Below, piece by piece: positions 13,512 to 25,667 of a DNA stretch of 64,000 nt. The position numbers and the translations under genes were made by a program. Under the pieces are notes generated by a model. The model was not told the origin of the DNA. It searched no databases and saw nothing but the letters and a program-made list of their open reading frames with translations. This stretch comes from Podarcis tiliguerta (Eukaryota): assembly GCA_965153285.1 (NCBI GenBank), contig OZ229112.1; one strand, given 5' to 3'. Numbering within the stretch: the stretch's first letter is position 1; the number at the start of each line of letters is the position of its first letter.

Positions 13512-14495
13512 TTACCTTACCTCCACCCGCCCCCCTCCACCTCATCCTACTTTGTTTTTTATCCTTCCTTTCCTCCTGAGATCTCTACAGTGCAAGATCT
13601 GTGTGGGCATTCATCATGATACATCATAGGGATGACAGTGTCATGTTTAGCTACACATTTGAATGCGAGGGGGCAGCTCAATCTTCCCATGCTTCTTGTG
13701 GGTTTCTTGTATGCAACTGTGTACCGTTTCCTGCAGACATCTACTTGTAAGCTTCAACACAGTGATGACAAGTCAAGGCAGAATGTGCAAGCAGAGACTG
13801 CAGGAGGATGTGTGTTTTGGAAATGCCAGGACACATTCAGCCCATAAAGCGCAGGTGCATCCTCTTGTTTCTGTGAGTCAGTATCTTTTAAGGTAGACAG
13901 GAGACAGAGTGCATCATGCACAGAGGTCGATGTGGTAGCAGCCAGTCTTGGGTATCTCTCTTGGGGCCATGAGACTATAAGGCAGAAGGGAGACAGGCAG
14001 ACTACATTTGTAGCTTCTATCAAGCTGGGCATGCAGCAAAGTCTGCATCACTTGCCCTACATTTAATCAGGGCAGAGTTAAGCCAGTCTCTCCCTTTCTA
14101 TCTTGGGCCCATTAAGGGCTCAGTAGCTCTCCTGGCTCTAGGGAGAGGAAAATAACAATACTGAGCTAAATTTGCGACGCAGCACTCAACCAGACACACA
14201 CCCAGCACAATTTTTCACTCCGCAGCTCTGCATAGGTAGTAGCTCTTAACATGATCACAAGCCTTTTTGATGTGCGAGAGAAACATGGTACGTGGCATGG
14301 CTGTAGCACTGCAGATTTTGCCCCTTGAGCACTAGTCTAGGCAGTTTCTGCTTGTGCCAAGCAATTATAAGGGTGGCAGCATGAGTGACACCCAAGGCTG
14401 TTCAATGAACACTAAGGTCAAGCAGGGATTACCACGTTCAGTCTCAGAAGTTTCTCCACAGTTGTGCCACATTTGCTGCTTACAAACACCTAACC

Positions 14496-14840
14496 CAAGG
14501 ATGAGGAACCTCAAGCTCTGGGGGTGAATGTGCTTTTTCCAGGAATCTTTCTGGTCTTCGTGACCACCCCCAGGCCATACCTCTTCCCTCCAGGCCACAC
14601 CTAGTGAGTACCAGCCTTGCTATGTGGGCAACTGAATGTTTCTGCCCTGCTAGAATCTGTTCTTGAACTCTGATCATGCTTCTTGGTTGCCTGGATGAGG
14701 CACAGAGAAAGTAGGGGAGGTGTAAATTAACATTTGTTGCTCCACCCACCTTTGCTTCTGTCCACCACTGGCATATGGCCCCTGCAAGGTTGCCTGGAAG
14801 GGAATGTGGCCCTTGAGCTGTAAAAGATTCCTCACCCTTG
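14496..14840. mobile_element. Non-autonomous hAT-type element (345 bp)
   Basis: Ends CAAGGATGAGGAACC / GATTCCTCACCCTTG, with a decayed 8-bp TSD ACCTAACC / ATCTAGCT (all mismatches are transitions). A related copy lies at ~45370-45787. Confidence 0.7.
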
Positions 14841-15002
14841 ATCTAGCTCAAGCAATGCACTTACAGTCATGGATGAGCCAGAAGGCAAGTTGGGACCCCT
14901 GAGTGTCAATGACTTTTGAATGTGCATAACATTCCCCCCAAATTTTACCTTATAGCAGGCTTCACCAACTTGGTACTTTCCAGATGTTTTGGACTATTGC
15001 TT

Positions 15003-15160
15003 GGGAGAACAGACTATGGCCCAGTGGCAAAACATCTGCTATGTATATGAAAGTTCCCAGGTTCCATTCCCAACATCTACAAGTGGGTCTGGAAGAGACC
15101 TGGAAAGCCACTGCCAGTCAGTTTATAGATAACATCACACTAGATTAGAGAAGACTGCCT
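15003..15160 (+). mobile_element. Squam3-like SINE
   Basis: tRNA-like head (..CAGTGGCAAAACATCTGC..CCCAGGTTCCATTCCC) followed by the GCCACTGCCAGTCAGT body. Confidence 0.65.
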
Positions 15161-15309
15161 TAGATGGTGCTATCCTAAGCAAGCAGAAGGTTGAGAGCAG
15201 AAATCTTGCTTTCAAAGAGCACTGACCTACTCCTGAGAAACACAGAGAAACCTAGACTTCAAAAGTAAAAATATAAAATAAAATAACATAAAATAAAATA
15301 ATAAGTGTT

Positions 15310-15466
15310 TTGGTAAAGCATCTGGTCCCAGGTCCCCAGCATCTCCAGGCAGAGCTGCGAAAGACTCCTGTCTGCAACCTTGGAGAACAGCTGCCAATCA
15401 GGAGAGACACTACCGAGTTACGTAGACCAATGGCCTGACTCACTATAATGTAGTCCCATGTACCTA
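15310..15466 (+). mobile_element. Squam3-like SINE (second, partly deleted copy)
   Basis: GGTAAAGCATCTG..GCATCTCCAGG..AAAGACTCCTG..GCTGCCA..GACCAATGGCCTGACTC. Confidence 0.65.
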
Positions 15467-16913
15467 CAAAAGAAAGAATGTCACCCTGTCCTGCCACATG
15501 ACCAGTGACTCCAGGACCATCGGTGCCACTGTTTTGAGAGCCTCCCCATCCAAAGTGTCACAATTTAAATTACAGTAGTAGGTTTTTATGAAAGCATTAG
15601 CAAGTGAGGTTCTTTGTATATAATCCTCACCCCCATTGTGTATTTGCATGCAGTAAAAAAATGTACTGAGCCTGTAATGTAATTGTACACAGTTGAAGAG
15701 TGCTGAAGATTGACTGTGAAAGGTCATGTCCCCCCCCCGACATAATGGGGGGAAAGAGCCTTTTCAGGGAGAAGGAGAAGGAGGAGAGGGGGGGTCTATT
15801 TTCTATGCAGTTGTACAGACAAGCTGTGCTTATTAGACTAGTGCACCTTCATATAATTTGGCCTTGACAATGATTCTTCACAGAGCAACACTGGAAGACT
15901 GAACGGAATCATAACAAAAGCAGCAGCAGCAAAATATCCTGCTTTTTTTCTGTACTTTCTACTCAAGGACTTCAGAGTGCTATACCATTATTGTTAATCT
16001 CATTCTTCTGTAAACCCAAAGGATTTATTCACACATCATTTATATTTGTATTTATTTGTTTAAACAATGTTTATGCAACTTAACTCTAGTAATCCAAAGA
16101 TGCAAAAAATAAAAATAAGTTAAAATGATAAAATCGAACTACAGGTGCTAGAAGTTCAGTAGGGAGGGAGCCTGTCTAACTTCAACTGGAAGGAGTTCCA
16201 TAAAATTGACGCACACACACACACACACGTACTAATAGTTTATAGTATTCTGGAGGAAAGCATGGCTGGCTGGCTAGGACCCTGAAGAGTAACATTTTTA
16301 TTCAGAGGCAAGACTCTATTGCATGTTTTGTTGCAGGTCCCACTTTTCCTACCTTTATTCCTTCCTAACACACCAATAACTTTAGAGATAACTAAGAATC
16401 CTGGGGGGAAATAGCAATCACCCAGCACCTCACTCTGCAAAAGCAGACTCATGGCAATTCCAGTGACCTTGCAGCCCACCAAGCCAAACTAAACCCACAG
16501 CCCATTAAAGAAAGGGCAAAAGAAACCTCCTCTTTTTGCCATCTAACTGAAGCAGGCAAAAGGAGATGGTCAAAAACCTGGCAAATCACAAGAGGTGATT
16601 GGTGGGATGCACCCCTTGGTGAGCTACAGAGTGGTAAAAGCTCTAGTACAAAATCAAGGGTAGGCCTCCCTTGTTCGTCATCATGCACTGCTCCATTAGG
16701 GGCAGGGTGCTGTTGGACTCAGACTCCCATCTGCTCCAGTTAGCTTAGCCAGTGTGGAAGGGTGACGGCAACTGTACTCCAACAGCACCTTAAAAGTCCC
16801 TCTCCCTGCACTAGGTCAATGGGATGTTGTGGGGCTGCAGCAATAGCCTCTTGTCTTACTGGGAGGCAGAGAGGCAAAGTGCTGGCAAGGCTGGGGCTGT
16901 GCGGATGCACCCT

Positions 16914-17060
16914 GGATAGCTCCATTGGTTAGAGGATGGTGCTGATAACCTCAAAAGTCACAGGTTCAATTCCCGTATTGGATAGCTGCATATTCCTGCA
17001 TTGCAGGGGATTAGACCAGGTGGTCCACAGGATCCCTTCCAACTCTATGATTCTATGATT
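16914..17060 (+). mobile_element. SINE with tRNA-Ile-like head and CR1-derived tail
   Basis: The head TAGCTCCATTGGTTAGAGGATGGTGCTGATAAC..GGTTCAATTCCCGTA resembles tRNA-Ile. The tail CTTCCAACTCTATGATTCTATGATT is identical to the CR1 end at ~8173-8197. Confidence 0.85.
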
Positions 17061-20023
17061 TGGCACTCCATCAGGTGCCTTTTCAATGCTTCGCTCCTCA
17101 CCCTCCTTCTCCTGGTAAGTGGCAGCACAGCTGCTGCCTGGAGGCTATTGTTGTGGCTCTGCCTTACTGAGCAAGCTACTCCCTATAAGAGCCTGAGCCT
17201 GGAATGAAAGAAGCAAATCTGGAGCCATTGTCCTCTCAATAACCTTTCCTAGGAACTAGGTTAGAGAGCAACCAGTAATTAGATTGATCCCTTGCCTCCA
17301 GCTATAGTTGTCTGATTGACTGACATACTTCTCAGTGCAGTAAGCATCTCCCAACATCCTATGAAACACTGACCCAAATTTATCCCTCTGTCCTTAGTCA
17401 TCCATGAAGGCCAAGAATGATTCTTGTGAGGAGCAGGTCTAAATAGAATCAGGATTTGGCGTGAGACAGACCAAGATACACAAAGGGCTCCTTTGATTTT
17501 TGAGAACTGTTTTGGGGACCATTTGGCAGCAAAACTCTTCTGGTTTTTCTTTCCTCCACAAAAGAAGGCAGAAAGGAATAATCAAGCATCGAGCAATGGA
17601 ATATTCTAATGGTGTTTTCAAACTGTCCTCCTCAGTCAGACTTCAAACGCACTGAAATATTTTCCATGCCCATTTCTTTGCATGATTAATAGCCAAAGCC
17701 AAAATTACCTTCTTCGTTCGTCTGTATACTCTCCTAAAGCAAATAAAAGATAAGCAAGGCCATCATTCTGTAAAAAGAATTCTACCAGCATCTCTTGCCT
17801 TAATGTTTCATACCTTAAAGATTGTCTGGTAACCAAGGTGACCTGTAAGGATAACAAGCAGATGTGAGATGCCTAAGAGCTGCATCATCAAAAATAGCAG
17901 AGCGCATCCAATTCAATCTTGTGGTCCTAGCAAGATGACCACTATTGCTGTACAGTATCCATTTGTAGGAGCCAAATCATGCCCAAGATCAAAACTTGAT
18001 GTTACAAGGTATATGCAGCTGCCACTGACCTGTCATCTGGTTAAAGATGATGTCTGTCATGATGTCAACATGCTCATGGTTTTTCTGCATTGGCTGGCAT
18101 TTGCACACACACAAAATGCACCCTAAATCTGTTCTTGGGTTCATCCATCCCTTATATTTGTTATAGCTCTTACTTGTGTCCTCTAATGTCAGCATTAAAA
18201 AAAAAAAAAAGGAATTGGAACGCTAGGTTGTAAAACAAACAGCAATAATAGTAAATGATATTGCTTATTTTGTTTTGATAACCTGCCTTTCCATCAAATA
18301 ATTCTCAAGGTGACTTGTAATTGGTTGTAATAATACAAAACAAAAACACCCCAAACAAACACTCTCTCACACACAAGCCAATAGCCCTTAGGCTAATAGA
18401 TGGAGCTCCCTTCTGCTTTGCAGTCTCAGGGCAATTGGTTGTTGTTGTTTTGGTTTCAAAAGAGAAAGAAAAATTTCCTGCAGCTGCTCCTTCTCTGGCC
18501 AGGTCTTCCCCTTGCCATAATATTCTTCCTGGAAGGCAGGGGGTGAACCCTTGGTCCTCTAGCAGGGACTGGAGTGTGCCCCCCCCCCCGCCACACTTCA
18601 TAAAGCCTTATTTCCTGTTAACTTCCGGGGCTTTTGCTTGCTAACTGCTTCACTCTGTTATTCTGTTCTCAGTCCATATTTGTTCATTGGCATAATCGAT
18701 CATGTCAACAATAACATAAATAACTAAAAACTATTATAGTGAACATAATCAAGTTTATTGTTTTGCAGCCTGACAATGGACTAAGGCCGTTGTGGCACAT
18801 GCATTTGCCATAAACCAGGTAATTTTCATCCATGCAGCAACAATTCAAGGTGCTAGCTCAGCTAAGGTGTGTGGAAGAGAGACAGATATAAATTATTTCC
18901 ATCTGAGAAATTGGTATTGAGGGTTGTCTTCATGCATACAAAGAACAAGGAAAGCAAATGTGAAGAATAACCAACAGAAATGAAACCATGGTGTGTGCAT
19001 ATTTATAACAAAATAAAGCTACATTAGAGTTGTTGTTTTAGTTGCGGGATACATTTTTTCCCTTTTGTGTGGTTTTGGGTGATCTATATCCATACCTTTG
19101 AATTGATAAACATGTCTTAAGTTTGCTTCAGAAAATGAAGAATTCACAGCTCCCCAAACCCATTTGGGAAATTTCTTGATACTGATGTTTATGTAGTCAT
19201 GAGGCGCAGTTTAGATACATTCTGGGGGAGGGGGATTTTTTGCTGTACAAATTTTATGAAAAGATGATCTACACGCAGCACTCTTCTCTGGTGTTCAGTG
19301 ATGGAGGGGAGAAACACATGTTAACAAAGGGGAGGAAAAACGCTTCTCAGTCAGCTCATAATGTCCCCTGCTGTTCAATTGGGATTGTGAAGGGTATGCC
19401 TTAATGAAGGCAGGTGAGAAGGTGAAAAAAACTAATGAGGGTGTTCCCTCTGCATTGAAAGATCACTTAGGAGCTGCAGGAACTTCTTTTGTGTTAGGAG
19501 AATGCACAAATTAGGTCCGAAATCATCACACGCACACCGAGGTCACAAAGGCCTGACTCTTGGTGCAGCAGAGTCCCTTTCTCTCCCTCATAACCAATTT
19601 TGCACCTTGTGTCATTTTTTTGTTCCTCAAGGTTTGAATTGATGGTGATCTAGTGAAAAGGGACCTAATTTTATTGTCCCTTTTTTTGGTTTGCTTAGTG
19701 CATAAGGAATATGGGAGAGAAAGTGTTCTCTACTGCATGCTTTGTTAAAGGAGTAGCTCTGACTAGCCAGTAGCCTGTGCAATTTTTAATCTCCTGGAAC
19801 AGTCCCCAGGGTGAGTCACACCGATAGTCCGATTTAAGATACAACTTAAGATACCTTAAAAAGCAGTTCAATTGGCTTTGGCCACAGTGCAGAAGTTTCT
19901 GTTCTTTAAAAGGCTCGTAAAAGAACAGTGTAGGGGCTCTCCCTACCAACCGCACTCACAGATTCCAAAATAGAAAACGTATAGAAAATCAGTTTTTCAT
20001 GAACATTGAACACAGACTTTATA

Positions 20024-20175
20024 CAGGCAGTGACTGCTTTGCCATGCGGTTACGTTCCTGACCTCCATGTACATTAGCAGTGCATGCATAAGCCTGCCCT
20101 GCCCACTTCCCCGTCACTGCAATGTGCACACACAGTTGTGCATCACTTGAACGTGCGTAAATCAGTCGCTGCCTG
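20024..20175. mobile_element. Tigger/pogo-like MITE (older)
   Basis: TA-CAGGCAGTGACTGCTTT ... AAATCAGTCGCTGCCTG-TA: imperfect TIRs with TA flanks. Confidence 0.75.
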
Positions 20176-20177
20176 TA

Positions 20178-20418
20178 CAGTGGTACCTCGGTTTACGAAC
20201 TTAATCCGTTCCGGAAGTCTGTTCTTAAACCGAAAACATTCTGAAACCAAGGCACACTTTCCCTAATGAGCCCTTCTGCCACCAGTGCCCTTCCACCATT
20301 CGGATTCCGTTCTTAGACCAAGGTAAAGTTCTCAAACCAAGACACTATTTCTGGTTTTGCGGAGTTCGTAAACTAAATCGTTCTTAAACCAGACTGTTCT
20401 TAAATTGAGGTACCACTG
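20178..20418. mobile_element. Tigger/pogo-like MITE (241 bp)
   Basis: TA-CAGTGGTACCTCGGTTTA ... TAAATTGAGGTACCACTG-TA, with internal TTCTTAAACC subrepeats. Confidence 0.92.
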
Positions 20419-22910
20419 TACTGAATACTGTTTTCCCCTATATATATTGAAACTCATGGAACATGGAGGGAATGAAGAGGAGCTGAGGCAGCACTGCCTC
20501 AGAGAGAAAATTTGACAAAAGTTTCCCCCTCAGAATCAGGCACCCTCTGAAATATTCCAGATAAAAATGTTCCAAGTAGTAACCTTTTCATTGTTATAAG
20601 AACCAATCCTAATTCCTCTGTCTGTCACTTGCCTTCAGATATACTTTCCCCTGTGTCAAAGAATGGGGCATTTGAGGAGAGCGGTAAAAAGAAGAGAAGA
20701 AAGGATTAGCCTCGCCATCAAAACAGCAAAAGCAAAAAACAAAACAAGCCGCTCATAACCTCTAATGCCACCCATTTAAAAAGTAATAACTAAATACAAT
20801 AAATACATTGACAGATGATTATTCCCAACACAATTGGATCAGCTTACCTATTAACAGTTCTGCCAAGAATAGATTAAAAAAAAAATCAGTTAACTATACT
20901 CCATGTCTTACTCATCTTGGTTTCAATGAATGCACAACCCAAATTATCAAGAATTGCGGCTAAATTGGTGCACTGTCACTCAGGTCCAATTTAGAAGGAC
21001 AAAGCAGAAAAAGAAGACAGGAGAGAGGAATATTGGGGGGACGGGATAGCTTCAGGGTATAGTTAATGATAGGAAAGAAAGGCTTTAATGCCCGCATCAC
21101 TGGTTTTAATTTGTTTCAGGTCAGTAGCGGTAGGAAGTCATTAACATATGATAGCTATTCCTTTTCCTGTGAGTTTACTGTCTCAGCCTTTGTCCTAATA
21201 AACTGATATCCACATTACAAAAATCGCCAGCCTAATTGGCACCTTTGTGACAGCAACAGTACTCAAACCACTAGATATGTAGGCAATCCACCTCGGTATG
21301 TGCTGCTTTTGTACCAACCCTGCTGAAAAGAATATGAATAGCAGGTACTTTGTGGATTTCAACCTTGAACTACATCCCTCCCCACCCACAATCTGAGGAG
21401 CATTGGGTAGGTTGGAATGGCACAAAAAATCCCTCTGAAACACTGGTTGTGTATTTATCTCAGGGTTCAGCAAATTAATGGAGCACTTTCAACAAAAATT
21501 AAACTTGTGCAAGGCAGCAAGGAGCACTTCAAAACACTTTACAAAATGCAAATGGTTCCTTATTGTCCAGCTCTTTGTGCAATTAAGTTAGGCAATTAAA
21601 TTATTCATCAGGGCAACGTGGGGTCACTCTTTTTTCCTTCTTCATTTTGCGGGTGTGCTTCTGGCACAATGGATGACAGCGGAGTTAGCTCTCAACAGAT
21701 CTGTTTGGTAACGGCTTGTTCCAACTCTTTCTATTGCAAAACGCTGTTCAAGATAACACCCAAGAATATAGTACTGAAGCAGGAACAAGAAACAAAGAGT
21801 CCAGATTCTAAAGAGACAAAAGACTAGGAGGAAGAAAGTGTATGGTAGGATTATTTCTGATTTTCAGGCATTAAACAAAAGCAGCTCCTCCAATCCTAAG
21901 CATATTTATTCAGAAGTCCCACTGATTCCAAGCATGCATGCTTAGGATTGTAGCAAATTCTCAGTAGACCCAACCGGTTTCTCAGAAGGGGTTCTGAGCA
22001 CTGCATTGTGAGCATGGAAAACACAATGCCATCGGGCAGAGTTTGTTGAGAATATTTCTTATTGCAATCCCCAGGGAAGGTTCTCAAAGGCATTACTTCA
22101 CTATGTTCATTTGAGCGAGGGCAAGTGCTGGAGAACTGCCTAATGGATTTTCTTTGGGAAGGAGCTAGAGGGGAAACCAACCTGTCATGAAAAGGTGTCT
22201 GGAAGTGAGGTGCAAGGCATTTTCGCCTACATTTCCACATGAAATCAGTACCAGGAAGAAAAGTGTTACAGGGCAAATGTACGAAGGGGGAAAGTAGACT
22301 ACCTAGAACCATCACATACCTCACCGTCTCTTGCTGTCTGTTGCCATGACAGTTGCAATTGTCAGCCCAGATACTGAAGAAGCTAACTGTTCACTGTTTA
22401 ATGAAGCGAAGTATTCCTAGTAACTTTCCTTCAAAGGACATTAATCCCGGGGTCCAAACTCTGGCTAGATTCAGCAGAGCTTGTGTTTGCTGGCAAATGG
22501 AGCACTAAAAAACATTGTTCCATTCAGTTGACTTGGAAGAATCTCTTCATGTATACGACAGCTAGTTTCTCTCTATATAACTCCCCAATGGCTTCTACCA
22601 CTGGATCAGTAGTAGCATGAATACTCTGGGAAGTGGAACTTTTAAGAGTATATGACATACACTTTAACTGATGGCGACAATGTGCACTCACTTGTCTTAG
22701 AAACAAAAGTTGGTAGCCTGAATAAAAATGAGTGGAATAAACCAACTGAACACTAATCCTATGGACATTTATTTGCAAACTAATCTCCTTGAGATCAAGA
22801 ATGATTTGCTTCTGAGGAAGTATCCGCAGGATGCTCAATACAGGTAAGGAAGGGTCTGGTGATGAGAACCACAAGGGTTGTGTCTGCACCAATGACAACT
22901 CTTACATTGC

Positions 22911-23000
22911 ATGAGTACTGACATATAGTAACCCCCGGACTGGTGTTGAAATGAAGTGAATGAGTACTGGCATACAGTAACCCCCAGACTGGTGTTGGAA
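22911..23000. repeat. Local tandem duplication, 41-bp core, 49-bp period
   Basis: 22911-22951 and 22960-23000 match at 37 of 41 positions. Confidence 0.9.
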
Positions 23001-24774
23001 CAGCACAACTATCTGCACTGCTGCAAAAGTGCACTGTATTCAGGCATTGTGCACTTCCCCGGTTAGGTACAACCAAGCTTCTAGCTTCTTCTCTTTTCTT
23101 AGCCTAGGAAAAACACTGCTGCAGGCCTGTGTTAAGAGCCCTGCAGGGCAGCTGCACAGATTCCTGAAAACAAACCAGCTACCAATGTAGAGCTTGAACT
23201 CAGTGGCCAAGTTTCAACAGTTGAGGAAGAGACAATGCAAAGCTGTCCCAGGCCACAGGGTTCAATCTTTCCTACCTAAGACGGACTATTTTTTCTCAAT
23301 CAGGGGTGCCAATCGAGCAGATGATGTGGTACATGCATACCGTTTGGATGGCAGTGCCTGTTAACTTGAGGGGTGCGGTGCTCAAATGTTTCATTGGGGG
23401 AACCGAAGGGACCTTGCCTCCTAGGAGTTGACTTATGCTTTCAATGTGCTAACAGCAGTAATACTTTGCCTCTTTTAGAATTATCTCCTGTGACTGCGTT
23501 ATGCTAAACTAATAAACAAATTCAGCTGTTAAGGGGGGAGAAACTGCTGAGATGATAGATTTCTGCATTGAAAAGCCGTTTGTTGATGTATCGTTATTTA
23601 GTGGGGGGGGGGGAGATAATTATCCTGCTGTTGGAATCTGTTCTACTAGTTGAGGCTAAGCCTGTTTAACAAGCAGTAAACATGGAAGAGGGTGGGCCAG
23701 CGAAGGAGAGAAGCACCCTAGAGCATTCTGTGGGCTGGTTCTGGTCTGCTGGCATTTACACAGAGCATGTTTTACCTTAGGAAGGGGGAAAGGTGGCCTT
23801 TGGTGAGGCAAGCAGAGCCTAACGGGTTTTAAATTAAATTAACAACAACAACAACAACAAACCCCGCAGGTGAAAACAAACTGGTCCCTTTAGGAAAAGA
23901 AACGTAAAAACCAAGGAAATCTGTTATGATTTACTGCAGTGTAAAACGAAGGGTGTTTGTTTGTTTGTGCATTGTTTGCACAGCAGCTTCACTGAATTTT
24001 CAGATATACAGCAGATACTCTTCTTGGGCACAAATGAGGTAACTCTCCTCCTTCCTCCAGGTAGCGAAGCCATTTCTAAAATAAATATGCTTCTCTCTTC
24101 ATTGCACTTTTAATAATTGGATTACCATCAGCAAGAGGCTTGGTGGGTAAGAAATACATGTAGAAAGCTAGGATCAAATAGACTTAGCAAGCATCTCAGA
24201 GTCAGTGCTAGGAGGTCTCCAGCTCAGTTAGTCTTCTTGGTTCTGAATTGCTGTCAATCTCAAAGGTGTTAATGTATTAAAAGGGAGGGGGAGGCAGAAC
24301 AGGCAGTTTTGGTCTCTTTCTTCTTTGAGAACCTAGTTGTTTTCAGAGGGCAACCATTTCATGCAAAAGGATACATTTCTGGCTGCTGTAGTAAGTGCCA
24401 AATTCTCCTTGACCTCAATGTTATAAATATGAATGATTAATAATAATGATTTTATAATATGAATCCACAATTGGAAAAGGAAAAACTTAGCCATCTTTCT
24501 CTTTGTTTGCCGTTCCACAAAATTTACTGCTGCTGGGGCACATTTCTTGAAATTTATCAGTGAAAAAGAAATTGCTAGATATAGTCTAGGGTACCATTGA
24601 AAGCTGCCTATCATTATCATTATTTAATAAATTTATATACCACCCGATACCTGCAGGTCTCAGGGCAGAAGTTCCATTCAATGCAAGGTGAATCCTAACT
24701 CACATTTATATCTCTGACACAGTGATGTGCATATTTACAGTGGTACAACAGTGGCTTCAAGCACTGCTGCCATT

Positions 24775-25080
24775 AAGAATGTAACAATAGTTTTACTGGA
24801 TCAGGCTAGTGGCCCATGTAGTCCAGCATCCTGTTCACAGTGGGCAGGCAGATGCCTTTGGGAAGCTCACACAACAGCACTTTCCGCTCCTGCAATTTCC
24901 AGCAACAGGTATTCAGAAGCATACTATATCTGACCATGGAGTAGAGCCAGTTAGTCTCAACCTCTATGAATTTGTCTAAAGCCATCCAAGTCGGTGGCCA
25001 TCCCTGACTGCTGCGGGAGTGAATTCCATAGTTTAACTATGCTCTGTGTGAAGAACTGCTCTCTCTTCTTTGTCTGTCCT
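24775..25080 (-). mobile_element. CR1-type LINE 3' fragment (second lineage)
   Basis: AAGAA..CTGGATCAGGC..GGCCCAT.TAGTCCAGCATCCTG..GAATTCCATAGTTTAACTATGCTCTGTGTGAAGAA is the typical antisense reading of a reptilian CR1 3' end. Confidence 0.7.
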
Positions 25081-25522
25081 GGTATATTACTCATCTAGGC
25101 ATCTGTGCAACTTGCCACTAGTGGTGCCTGGTAAGGTGGAAGGCAGGGAGGTGAACAGTAGGTGGCGCCAGAGCAAACGACAGGCAGAGCCAACTAATTA
25201 TTGTGTTGTCCTCATCATTCTCTCTACAAAGTCAAAACTGAGACTAAGGAGGAGAAAGCTGCTCCCAGGATTGGTAGCTGTAAGGAAGAAGGCAGGTGGG
25301 GATTAGCAGAGGGCAGACTGAGGTTGTTGGGGGCAATGCCTTATTTGCCCTAATGCACTAGTCTCCACTGCTGCTACTTCCTGGACAACCAACCCTTACT
25401 ATCAGAAAAGCCTGGCACAATGTTGCACAGGATAAGCTTACCTACATCTGCCAGGGGCAGAATGCCCTTAGGAAACTGACGGAGAGGACCCGCCTCTTCC
25501 CCATCCCTGAAAATGTTGTACA

Positions 25523-25667
25523 CATAGAATCATATTGTAGAGTTGGAAGGGACCCTGAGGATCATCTAGTCCAACCCCCTGCAATGCAGTGATATGCAAG
25601 TGTCCCATACAGGAATCAAACCTGCAACTTTGGCATTATCAGCACCATGCTCTAACAAACTGAGCTA
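25523..25667 (-). mobile_element. SINE with tRNA-Ile-like head and CR1 tail (antisense copy)
   Basis: Reverse-complement copy of the 16914-17060 element. Confidence 0.85.
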
